Assembly: GCA_964106915.2 (NCBI GenBank)
Contig: OZ066914.1
Source of the DNA: Podarcis gaigeae
Taxonomy: Eukaryota
DNA: 64,000 nt
Strand: one strand, 5' to 3'
The notes under the pieces were generated by a model, which saw only the letters and a program-made list of their open reading frames with translations, had not been told where the DNA came from and searched no databases. Position numbers and translations under genes: made by a program. The first letter of the stretch is position 1. Every line of letters begins with the position of its first letter. Shown here one piece after another: positions 38,101-48,479 of this stretch.

Positions 38101-40092
38101 TAATAACTGTGCATTACAGGAGTATCCCACATCTAAACACAGCATGCACTCCTATGCACACTTACCTGGAAGCAAGCCAAACTGAACTCAGTGGGACTGA
38201 CTTCCAGGTAGACATGCAGAGAACTGTGTTGTTAATATCTCAAAAATGCAAACAGCATTTTTAGCATAATCAGGCTTCAGGTTTTACCTGGCAACATCAG
38301 TCTGTTGCATTCTTGGGGTTCAGTAACAGGAAGGAGAGACAAACAGGTTATATCTTTAGGTTCTGATTCCACAAGCTCCTGTCCTAGTGGAATAGACGTG
38401 TTCTGAACAAATTGAACCAGCAGCTGGGGGGAAAGCAAAGATATTAAAACAGCAAATGCTTAGATCTGAAGCTGAATGCTTTCTGTCAATCCCCCCCCCC
38501 CCCGGTTTCCATTCTACAACTTCAGCTGCAAAAGGCAGTAACACAGAGAAATAGTTCATAAACTACACTGTAGCAAATATACTAAAAGTAAATATTCTGT
38601 CATTCTGAGCTCAACCAAAAAACAATAAGAAATCACCAATGTGAAATACAGTGGTGCCCCGCAAGACGAACGCCTCGCAAGACGAAAAACCCGCTAGACG
38701 AAAGGGTTTTCCGTTTTGGAGGCGCTTCGCAAAACGAATTCCCCTATGGGGTTGCTTCGCAAGACGAAAAAAATCTTGCATCCCCCCGTGGGTTTTTTTC
38801 GCTTTTTTCGCCCTTTTCTTAAGCCGCTAAGCCGCTATACGAAGAGCCTCACGGAACGGATTAATTTCGTCTAGCGAGGCACCACTGTATTTACTCACTA
38901 CTTACTCTGAACTCTTATTTCCCTGTGCAAATGTTAATTCTTATGGTAACAAGCATAAACGTTACATGCCCTGTTCTTTGACTAAATTCACAACTACTGT
39001 TGGCTTTGCATAGTAGTTAGTTCATTGGTCTGTATTTTCCACAATAATGGCAGCACAACTCTTCAGAGTTTTAGATGGGGGCCTCTCCCAGCCCTACCTG
39101 GACATGCTGGGGCTAAGCCTGGCACTTTCTGCATGCAAAGCAGAAAATCTACCCCTGAGCTATGGCCCTTCCCCAGCTTGATTTTGAGCTGAAAAGAAGC
39201 AATAGGCAACATACCGGTAATCTACATGAACCACCCCAAGACACTTTTGCACTAGTCACAGAGTGCAGGCTATATTACACGTGCTGTTAAATATATAACT
39301 TAACGTCACATGTATTTTTTATACACAGTATGTAGTATATTTTGTTACATGTATTTTTTAATACACTATATGTAGTATATTTTGTGGAGAATCAAAAGCA
39401 TAATAAGCAGCCTTCTTTTCTCTTGCACATCTGATTCCAATGGAAACAACTCTCCGAAGCTGATAATGGCAGCTTTCTTCTATACTAAATTTCATCAATG
39501 GCAGCTTCTTTCCCATGCCAAATAGCAGTTGGGGAAGGGGGGTCAGGACAGTGGAGAAGCAGTAAAGGATTAGTACACCCCTTCCTTTCATTCTGACTAG
39601 CCCCCCTGGCAGCTTTTTACCATGAAGGAAGGCCATAAGCATAACTGCTCTGAGCTGGAAGTCTTTATGTCAAGCAATTGGGCGTTATTGGTACCTCAGC
39701 ATTTTTGCATTAAGAGCCATGTAGACTGTTAAACATTTTTAAATTGTGACATCTGTGCATTGCAATGCTACATGGGCTTACTCAGAAGTAAGTCACATTG
39801 TGAGGCTCACTCCCATGTACGTTTGCACAGAATTTCTGCTTAAGTGTCACTTGTGATTATAGGTTTTCAAGTGAGACCTTGTGGGTGAAAATCTGATGAG
39901 CAATTTTGGAGCCATTAATGAAGCAAAAAAGATTGCATTGCTTCTATGCATGATAACCATATGCCAACTACACAAATCACTAGGAAAATTATCATTTGTC
40001 ATAATAATAATTCCAAAATATAGCCATCGAGCCACAAAACAAATCTAGCGGTTGCTGACCTCTGGTTTAGACTCTAACTCATCCGATAACAT
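32061..40092 (-). CDS. ZNF410: ZNF410 zinc finger protein 410 (5 C2H2 fingers), 10 coding exons, about 466 aa
   Basis: complement(join(32061..32185,32527..32664,33142..33267,33699..33788,34549..34730,35243..35402,36748..36939,37261..37479,38288..38423,40060..40092)) = 1401 nt. Starts [19 protein letters not shown]; contains [22 protein letters not shown] and five C2H2 fingers. Confidence 0.95.
32527..32664 (-). CDS. ZNF410: ZNF410 coding exon ([11 protein letters not shown]...SIIGVKE)
   Basis: AG/GT boundaries, 138 nt. Confidence 0.92.
33142..33267 (-). CDS. ZNF410: ZNF410 coding exon with zinc finger 5 ([26 protein letters not shown])
   Basis: AG/GT boundaries, 126 nt. Confidence 0.94.
33699..33788 (-). 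CDS. ZNF410: ZNF410 coding exon with zinc finger 4 ([29 protein letters not shown])
   Basis: AG/GT boundaries, 90 nt. Confidence 0.94.
34066..34206. mobile_element. MITE with ~29-bp TIR (Harbinger-like)
   Basis: TGGTTCACATGACCCGCTAAGCCAAACCT versus reverse complement TGATTCAGATGACCCACTAAGCCAAACCT; related decayed sequence near 3990-4355. Confidence 0.6.
34549..34730 (-). CDS. ZNF410: ZNF410 coding exon with zinc fingers 2-3
   Basis: AG/GT boundaries, 182 nt; lies in ORF 34421..34891. Confidence 0.94.
35243..35402 (-). CDS. ZNF410: ZNF410 coding exon with zinc finger 1 ([24 protein letters not shown])
   Basis: AG/GT boundaries, 160 nt. Confidence 0.94.
36748..36939 (-). CDS. ZNF410: ZNF410 coding exon ([21 protein letters not shown]...NAKASNN)
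   Basis: AG/GT boundaries, 192 nt. Confidence 0.94.
37261..37479 (-). CDS. ZNF410: ZNF410 coding exon (DSPGH...[12 protein letters not shown])
   Basis: AG/GT boundaries, 219 nt. Confidence 0.94.
37590..37943 (-). mobile_element. L1-clade LINE 3' fragment
   Basis: Minus-strand translation [30 protein letters not shown] resembles the end of the L1 ORF at 41698; AATAAA near 37605. Confidence 0.75.
37944..38061. repeat. Long inverted repeat (54-bp arms, 10-nt spacer)
   Basis: 37954-37997 versus 38008-38051 match at 43/44; extends to 54 bp with 4 mismatches in total. Confidence 0.93.
38288..38423 (-). CDS. ZNF410: ZNF410 coding exon ([17 protein letters not shown]...RLMLP)
   Basis: AG/GT boundaries, 136 nt. 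Confidence 0.94.
38649..38887. mobile_element. Tc1/mariner (Tigger/pogo-like) MITE
   Basis: TA target duplication; 22-bp TIR CAGTGGTGCC.CGC.AGACGAA; CpG retained, suggesting a young copy. Confidence 0.9.
40060..40092 (-). CDS. ZNF410: ZNF410 first coding segment ([11 protein letters not shown]); whole exon is 40060..40249
   Basis: acceptor tttttcag|GTT at 40249, donor gtcagc. Confidence 0.92.
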
Positions 40093-41314
40093 TGATTCAA
40101 GTTTCCGATTCCCAAAGTCGATCTGGATAAGGCACAAAGCTTAAGAGTTCAAAGTGAACAACGTTCTGTGTTTATAAATATATTCCAGCCTCACAGCTTT
40201 GTGAGGATCTTCTTAGGAGAAGCCGTAGTAGAGAGCTATTCAGTTTAACCTGAAAAAGAACCAAATATTAAAAATATGACCAACATATTGCCAGTCATGC
40301 TGCCATATTTTAAAACATAATTCTTTCTCAAACACAAAACAGCAGTAACATAGCATTGATTCTCTTTGCTTTCTACCTCCACTCCATGCCTATTAAACTG
40401 CAGCTGTTAAATTCCACTGCCAGGGGCCCAGACCTTGCCAGAGATCAGCCTCAAGAAACATTTACAGTTCTATGGTTCATTACAGGGATATAGTAACAAC
40501 AATGAAAAGCTTTTATTTGACCATTACAGAATATCATTAATTCCCTCCTACATAACTGCAACAAGCTTATTTGGAGGTCAGGACCAAAATTTGGGTGCAA
40601 AAATAAACATTTTAATACATAAATAACAGCTCTTAAGCAGCTGTCCATTCTCTCCTGCTTTCAAATATGCCAGGAATTCACTTATTTCTCTCTTCCTTCA
40701 AACCCATTCCAGATACTTTCAAGGCCAGCTCTAAGCTTCAGCAAGTCCTCACCACAGCAGCTAGTGAAACCAAAAGGCTCCCCTGCCCTTCATGACAGTG
40801 CCATTGGTGTTACAACCACCATATACTGGTACCTTCCATTTTACCTGGCTGTACTACAATGATTATAACCCCCCATGAGTTTACTCAGAGGAACTGGAGG
40901 AACTGCAATTCCTATAGGGAGTGGTCATAATCCTTCATGCTACAGAGCACCCAACGGGATATCACTACATTATACGCTGCACAGCATTTGCACACACAGC
41001 AGTATGTTAAAAAATGGGAGCTACTACATCCATTAGAAAGCGCAACAGGGATGCCTGGGTAAGGCCACAAGTCAGAAGCTGAATAGCAACACAGGGGTGG
41101 GAATCCAACTAGTGGTAACACTACTAGAGAAGGGCTACTGAACAATGTCCAGTGTGTGGGGGGGGAGAAACACACTCAAAGACAGTAGGAGTTGTTGCCA
41201 GGCCACCTCATTGACTGCATGGGCCCTGGCAGCCGCCTGTGTATGCCAGGTGCTGATGTCAGGGCTGGATGTGTTCAAGACCTCTTAATCCTTACTCCCA
41301 AGCAGTATGTCTTT

Positions 41315-42515
41315 ATTTTCAACAAATTTTATCATAACAAACAAAACAAGACAACACAATAACAAACAATAAACAATATAAAACATAAAAATCAAACAAA
41401 AATATATAAGTTCAACTCTTAATTTCATGTAACTTACTTTCCCAACTTCCTCACACCTCCCTTTTCTGTATTCCAATTTCCAATTTAGTTTCAGCAAATT
41501 CTTCCTCTATTTTGACTGATTTTAATATTGCTTAATTTATTTTAAATTAACCATTACCGTTGCTATCCACTTATCTTCTAATCCCCCATCATTGATTAAT
41601 TTTGCTATATTTCTTTACTTGTTACTTATAAAACATCTTTGCACATTCCTTTCAACTTTGTCACCAATGCCACACTATCTCTATATCCTGCATCACTTTA
41701 ACATTCAAATAATTTACAATGCTTTTGCAGATAATCTTTAAATTTCTTCCAATCTTCTTCTGTTTGTTCTTCTCCCATGTCTCGGATTCTGACAGTCATT
41801 TCTGCCAGTTCGATGTAGTCTATCGGTTGCATCTGCCATTCTTCCAAGGTGGGCAAATCTTGTGTCTTCCAATACTTTGCGATGAGTATTCTTACTGCTG
41901 TTGTTGCATACATGAAAAAGGTTCTATCCTTCTTTAACACCCTCTGGCCAACAATGCCCAAGAGAAAGGCCTCTGGTTTCTTAAGAAAGGTATACTTAAA
42001 TACCTTTTTCAGTTCATTATAGATCATTTCCCAGAAAGCCTTAACCTTTGAGCACGTCCACCAGAGGTGAAAGAATGTTCCCTCAGTTTCCTTACATTTC
42101 CAACACTTATTGTCAGGCAAATGATATATCTTTGCAAGCTTGACTGGTGTCATGTACCACCTATAAATCATTTTCATAATATTTTCTTTCAAAGCATTAC
42201 ATGCCGTGAATTTCATACCAGTGGTACATAACCGTTCCCAGTAAGCAAACATAATGTTATAACCAATGTCTTGTGCCCACTTAATCATAGCTGATTTGAC
42301 CGTTTCATCCTGAGTATTCCACTTTAACAGCAAGTTGTACATTCTTGACAATACCTTAGTTTTAGGTTTTAACAATTCCGTTTCTAATTTCGATTTTTCC
42401 ACCTGGAAACCTATTTTTTTATCCATATTAAAGACCTCTCTGATTTGGTAATAGTGTAGCCAATCTCGCACTTTATCTTTTAGTTTCTCAAAACTCTGCA
42501 ATCTCCATGTGTCTC
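41315..42515 (-). mobile_element. 5'-truncated L1-clade LINE (ORF2 C-terminus plus 3'UTR), 18-bp TSD
   Basis: Open ORF2-like frame with the CCHC knuckle CWKCKETEGTFFHLWWTC; TSD CCCAAGCAGTATGTCTTT at 41297-41314 and 42516-42533. Confidence 0.9.
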
Positions 42516-42533
42516 CCCAAGCAGTATGTCTTT

Positions 42534-42856
42534 GAAGGTAAAGGGACCCCTGACCATTAGGTCCAGTCGTGGCCGACTCTGGGGTTGCGGCGCTCATCTC
42601 ACTTTATTGGCCAAGGGAGCTGGCGTACAGCTTCCGGGTCATGTGGCCAGCATGACTAAGCCGCTTCTGGCAAACCAGAGCAGCGCACGGAAACACCGTT
42701 TACCTTCCTGCCAGAGCGGTACCTATTTATCTACTTGCACTTTGACGTCCTTTCAAACTGCTAGGTTGGCAGGAGCAGGGACCGAGCAACGGGAGCTCAC
42801 CCCATCACGGGGATTCGAACCGCTGAGCTTCTGATCAGCAAGTCCTAGGCTCTGTG
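42534..42856 (-). mobile_element. Sauria SINE, slightly 5'-truncated
   Basis: Reverse-strand copy closely matching 3169..3524 but lacking the first ~30 nt. Confidence 0.9.
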
Positions 42857-43099
42857 TCTGTCTTAAAACCAATTTGCTCACACGTCTCCTTGGTTTTCAT
42901 TGCCTCTTCCATCTCTCCGTCGTCATCTTCCTCGGCTGCCTATCCTCGATTGCCGCCCCGGGCTGCTTATTGGAGGGGCATAAATTCGACAAACAACAAA
43001 AATAACAAATATCCCGGCTATTATCACGCTAAGCTCTTCACGACAGGAGCCTGACTTTTGGTTGTTGACATAACCCTATGAAACCCCACGTGCGCTGAT

Positions 43100-44320
43100 G
43101 AAAAGCGGGGAGTGGGAACCATCGCTATACCAATAATCCTAAACTTTTCCTTACTTTGAACATTAAGGACCGCGGAGCCTTCCAACCACCCAAGGAGGCG
43201 GCGGTTCGTGAAGACCCGGGAGGGTCGGGGGACGGTAAGGAGGTTCATCCAACAACACGACCCCTCGTGAAACACCGAAGAACTTTCCGGGGCCTAAGCA
43301 ACAAGCAGGTCACCTTCTGGACGGAGTCACCCGGAGTCTCCCGCCAGCCCCAGGGTCCGGGCGGGCGCTGAGAGGGGAAGAAGCAAAGACCCGTCCCATA
43401 TCGGCGACAAGGCCGAGGCGGACCCAGGCCGCTCCCCCGGCACCGAGGGCGGAGAGGGAAGGGTTTCTCTCACGGACCGGGCTGGACCCAAGAACTGAGG
43501 GAAAGGGGAGCAGGTAGGCGGCGGGGGCAACACAGTGGCGAGACCACCCCGAGTGAGGGAAGGGAGCGCGCGGGCGGAGGGCGCGTAAACGACGTATTCT
43601 CGCGCCCCCTCCTCTCCCCCCCCCCAGCTCCTTCCTTCCCCGAGACGAGCGTTTCTTACCGGCATCTCAGAATCGTCCGGATATGACGCGCACAGCCATC
43701 GAAAATGCCTCGCTCCCATCTAGAACAGACCATAGAGAGGGGGAGGGAGAGCCGAGCGCGTCGCACCTTTGCTGCTCGGCCGGCCCTTAACAAAAAAAAC
43801 CACAACAACCCACAACTGCGTAGAGGTAGAAGATTCGCCTCTGAATGCGTTCTCCACTTCCGGTTTCCGTTGGAATACCGCCATATACGGAGCTGGCGCA
43901 GAATAGAGAACTAGAGTCCGTCCGTTGCACCTTAAAAAGCAGGGCGGGGTTTTTTGTGTGTGTGGCATGTGTGGGTTTTTGTTGTAGCGGAGTAACGCAG
44001 CTCCCCGGCCCCCATTTCATAGTGCAAAATGGGAGAGTGGGTTGTACAGTGCCCTATTCTATTTTGTTGCATTGGTTACCCCCCCATGCTCGATTTAGAA
44101 CCGGAAGTGTAAAATCCCACTGAGCCTGTGACTCTATGCTGCACGAAGAAAGACGCCGGCCAGGACGCCCGTAGCTTCCGGCTCGCATAGCAAGCGCCGC
44201 CCCCTCTTCTGACGTCATGTTCTAGTAGCGTGGGGTGCTTGCTGCGTGTTCTTACGGATGTTCTCTGGAATCTATTTACTATGCAGCGGTTTGATCAAGT
44301 CCCAGTATATTTGACGGATA
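43100..44320 (-). promoter_or_regulatory. ZNF410: CpG island with ZNF410 promoter and non-coding exon 1 (donor after 43660)
   Basis: CpG-rich; strong donor CCG|gtaaga at 43660/43659; ETS CCGGAAGT motifs near 43856 and 44101; full CRE TGACGTCA at 44210-44217. Confidence 0.8.
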
Positions 44321-45123
44321 TTTTTGGGTGCCTAGCCTGAAACCTCCTGCTCGTTCTCTAAACCAGACTGTCATTGATCCAGATAATTAATGGCCACAAA
44401 TCTAATATTAAAAAATGGTAATGCTTAGTATCCGTGGGTTGAGTCCGGGTGTATTTCGGTCTCTCTGGATATTGAACATCCGACTTTGCCACACTTCAGC
44501 AAAAAAAGGGACGTTGTTAAGCTGGGATTGATATGCAAGTTTCACACTTAACAAGACATGAGCTAAATGCAAAATGGGAATTTATTTAAAGTAGAAAAGA
44601 ATTGCACCTCCTTATGTGCTTATGCGTGGCATTTAGCTTGCTTTGCAGATCTGTTATCGGTTGGGAGTCTGATCTTTTACCCTTTGCTTGTTTGCATTTG
44701 TGTTCCACTTACTAATGGAACACACACATCTGTTTGTTTTTGGGCTTTCTGACCTCGCATTCCTCACCCACCCTTATTTTGTCACCACTACACATGTGTA
44801 TGCCATGTACATATCTGCAAGCTGAAGATACCATTTTATGCATCTAATGATACATCTGGCTGAGCCTACTTTATGCTAAGGTGTGTTGTTTTTTGCTGCA
44901 GAAAAGTAATATGACTGCCTTTCTAGAACACGGCAGTAGCCAGCAAAATGATGAGAAAGCGAATGATGTCACTTTAAACTAGTGAGACCTAGCTATATTG
45001 GATATGGCTCTTACAGAGCGGAGCTGCAAAAGAGCCAGACATACAAACTGAATCAATGAGAGACTAGACATTCTGTTAGATTTACAATTCATGCAGTCAT
45101 CCTTTACTCTTAACCCCCTAATA

Positions 45124-45813
45124 CAGTGGTTTTCAACCAGTGCCGTGGCACCCTGGAGTGCCTTGAATGGTGGTCAGGGGTGCTGCTGGCAACACTGGCC
45201 TCTGCCATTCTTTCCTTCCCCCCCTCTTCTGGTGCCCTCACGTTTCTGCCTCCCAAAGGATTGCATAGCTGTTTGTTGCAGCAGCCCTGACTACAAGCTC
45301 CCTGGGTGAATGGTGCCTCTAGGACTGGCCAGAGGGTCCTTCCCAGGCCCCTGTAGGGCAGTGGGAGGAGGCACCTCTCTTTGGGGTGGTGGAGGCAGGC
45401 AGCTCAGAGACCAGGGGCGGCAGCTGTGGCTGCCCAGAGGACTCCCAATGAAAGGGGAGAGGAGAAGAGACTGAGGGAACACTCCACAAGGGAGGGTGTT
45501 TGAAAAAAGGGTGAGAGGCTGCTCTACAAGCAAGGAGGGACAGAACTGGGCTCCTGAGCCCCACAGGAGTGCCACAGAAAGAATGTAGTTGGTCAAGGGA
45601 CCCAAAACCCAGAAATGCATTTTAAATAAAAGCACACATTATACTCGTGTAAAAACACCAGGTAGGCTCCACAAATAACCCAGAGATGCATTTTAAATAA
45701 AAGGACACATTCTACTCATGTAAAAACACGCTGATTCCCATACCATCCGTGGGCCAGATTTAGAAGGCGATAGGGCCAGATCCGGCCCCCGGGCCTTAGT
45801 TTGCCTACCCATG
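45124..45813. mobile_element. Probable hAT-derived element(s)
   Basis: Starts CAGTGGTTTTCAACC and ends GGCCCCCGGGCCTTAGTTTGCCTACCCATG, termini typical of squamate hAT non-autonomous elements; internal tandem duplication near 45607-45730. Confidence 0.5.
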
Positions 45814-46389
45814 CTGTAGACCTTGGCATGAATAAAAAGGTGGGTATATGGTAATATGACAGGAGACCCTCCATTATGAACTTTCTTGACTCTGGTACCA
45901 GTCTGATCTCAAAACATGTCCTGGAAGCATTCAGGAGACATCCTGATTTCCTCATACCTTGTATAAAGATTAGCATATGTAACTCTAACTACCATTAAAA
46001 TTAACTTAACACATGAATGGATGCCATAAAGGTAATAGTGGGATGAACTTTGAGACAGGAGGCAGACAAGCATGGCTGGTTCAGTCATCAGTTCACTAGG
46101 ATCATGTTTTTTCAACTATTACAGTAATTAAGCAAGATGGGCGAAGTGGGAAATAGGCAGGGAACTAAGATAAATTCAATAGCACAATATTGGAATTATG
46201 GTTAGTTTGTTAGAGCTTGGAAAAAGCTAACTCAGTGTTCTCAATGAACCAATACACACTCTACCTTAGAGATAGGTATGCCTATCCTTTTCTTGACTTG
46301 CTGTTGATGTGGGCTCTGGGGCACAATTGTCACACTCACTTTCTGTAGAATTTTGAGAATAGTAAGGGATTATTTAACTCTTTAGATCA

Positions 46390-46535
46390 AGGTGCTTTTT
46401 TCTGGGGGGACGCAGAGGTACGCATACCCCTAAACATTTTGTGAATCTAAGTTTGGCCTCATTGATGGGCAGTATTACAATATGAGTAGGAAAATGAGAG
46501 TAACCCTGAACATTTTTTTAAGGAAAAAAAGCACT
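46390..46535. mobile_element. MITE (hAT-like)
   Basis: Terminal inverted repeats GTGCTTTTTT / AAAAAAGCAC. Confidence 0.6.
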
Positions 46536-47949
46536 ATGCTGCTTGCATAAATTTTGCTTTCTTAATTGGCATTAATATATTCTCCCACTTTCATTTCATA
46601 TAATACATCAAGCTTTATTCCGTTTGTGTAAGAACTTATTGTGGGCACAAGGTTAAGAGTAAACACATATTCTTGACAGACGCATGTCGTAACTCTAGCA
46701 AAAGATCCTAAACCTCTTGGTAGTGTATGAATACCCAAGTGCTGGGCACACGTGTGGTTTCAGACACATACTTTGTAACAGCACAAAAGCCTGTATTAAA
46801 GCATTGTATCTATAAGCTGTGTTGCTAGAGACCTTAGAAAAGTGCCTGTGCTCTTGCATATGATGGAGACATTGCATCATGACATCAACTCAGCATATTT
46901 TGACTGTGTGTACTTGTGAATTATGAACTCACAGTTCAGTTGTGCCTGAGCAGTGACATCAGCACTGAGCAAATAACACCCTATATTTGGAAACAATGCT
47001 ATATCTAAAGTGGCCATGCATAAGCCTGATCCTGTACATGCTAGCTTAGAAGTAGGTCCTTATTAGTGAAATGGGGCTTACTCCTAAGCAGGTACATTTA
47101 GGACTGCAGCCATTAAAGGTATATGGATGTTATGTGAATGCTTGTTTATGAAAGTATGTTTAGGTAGTATGCCTTCATAATTGCAAGAGGAAATAAAAAA
47201 ACACCACCATCATTGATACTGTAATCATTACTACCATCACAAAATTGCCTATCATTGTGGCAAGTGCTGCAAAGGGTAGGCTTCCATATCCAAGAAACAT
47301 ATACTATAAACTCCTGCTAAACCCATGTCACTAAAAGCCATTCACCACATGTCACTTGTGGATGGCTGGCTTTACCTTCAGTGCAGCAGTATTCCTAAAT
47401 TCAAGAGTTCCTTTTTCTACACAGGGAATGAATGGCAACTATTCATTTATATGGGAGAAAGTTAAGGAGTCACTTGGGAATACCATTGAGCTGAAATCCC
47501 TTCCTCTCTTCCATGCTCCTGGTGACCCCCTGCATCGCCGTGTTCTTTCAATTGCACGTTGGCAGCCTGGTTTATTTATTGGTAAAAAAAGAAAGTGACA
47601 GGATTTGGGGAACTGGCAGCTGACAAAGGATACTGCTAGTGGTGTGCTAGGGTTTTCTGCCCAAGATCATGGTGTCATGTAAGAGTAGGAGTGGAAGAAC
47701 CCGAGACACACACGTTCCTGGGTTGCAACTCTCATCATACCATTTGCCATGCTGACTGGAGATGATGGGAGTTGAAAGTCCAATAACATTGGAGAGTCAC
47801 AGATTGTGTAAGAGGATGCGTGATTTATAGTCCGAGGGAAGATGGCCAGGAAATGGTTCTGCTCTTCAGCTTAGGGCTGCCAAAGTGGCCTTTGGTTCCT
47901 TCCATTTCTAAGAGCACTCTGTTCACCTTTCCGGCCACAAAGCGGTAGA

Positions 47950-48266
47950 ATTATATGCCGTCCATCTGACTGGGTTGCCCCAGCCACTGTGGGAAGATCC
48001 AAAAACACAACAAAACATCAACATTAAAAACTTCCCTAAACAGGGCTGCCTTCAGATGTCTTCTAAAAGTCAAATAGTTCTTTATTTCCTTGACAACTGA
48101 TGGGAGGGCACCACTCCAGAAAATGCCCCCTGCCTGATTCCCTGCAACATCTCACAGTGAGGGAACCATCAGGTGGCCCTGGGAGCTGGACCTCGGTGTC
48201 CAGATGGAGACACTATTTTGCGTATTCAAGGCGAGGCCATTTAGGGCTTTGAAGGTCAGCACCACA
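47950..48266 (-). mobile_element. L2 LINE 3' fragment (same family as 20794..21138, more decayed)
   Basis: Shares ACATTAAAAACTTCCCT.AA.AGGGCTGCCTTCAGATGTCTTCT with the 20.9-kb copy. Confidence 0.8.
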
Positions 48267-48479
48267 ACTGTGAACAAAATTGTTATTTTGCACACTAGTC
48301 ATGCTCATGCCTCTGATACAAATGAAAGAGGACAGGGAAAATATTTTCCCTCTGCTCTTATCTGCCAAGGAAAAAATGAAAAAATAAACTCCACTTAGGT
48401 GCTTGCCTATTCCAGCCCTTAAAATTATCCTGGAATAAACTGCTTCATTTTAACAGTACAGCGATGTTCGAATTTTGGA

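Noticed and set aside
39308-39385. Short two-copy tandem duplications (also near 51018-51067 and 53212-53246)
   Set aside because: Ordinary local slippage duplications with no sign of function.
44940-45060. ATGATGA...CTGA resembling a C/D-box snoRNA
   Set aside because: Intergenic, with no terminal stem and no recognisable rRNA/snRNA guide.
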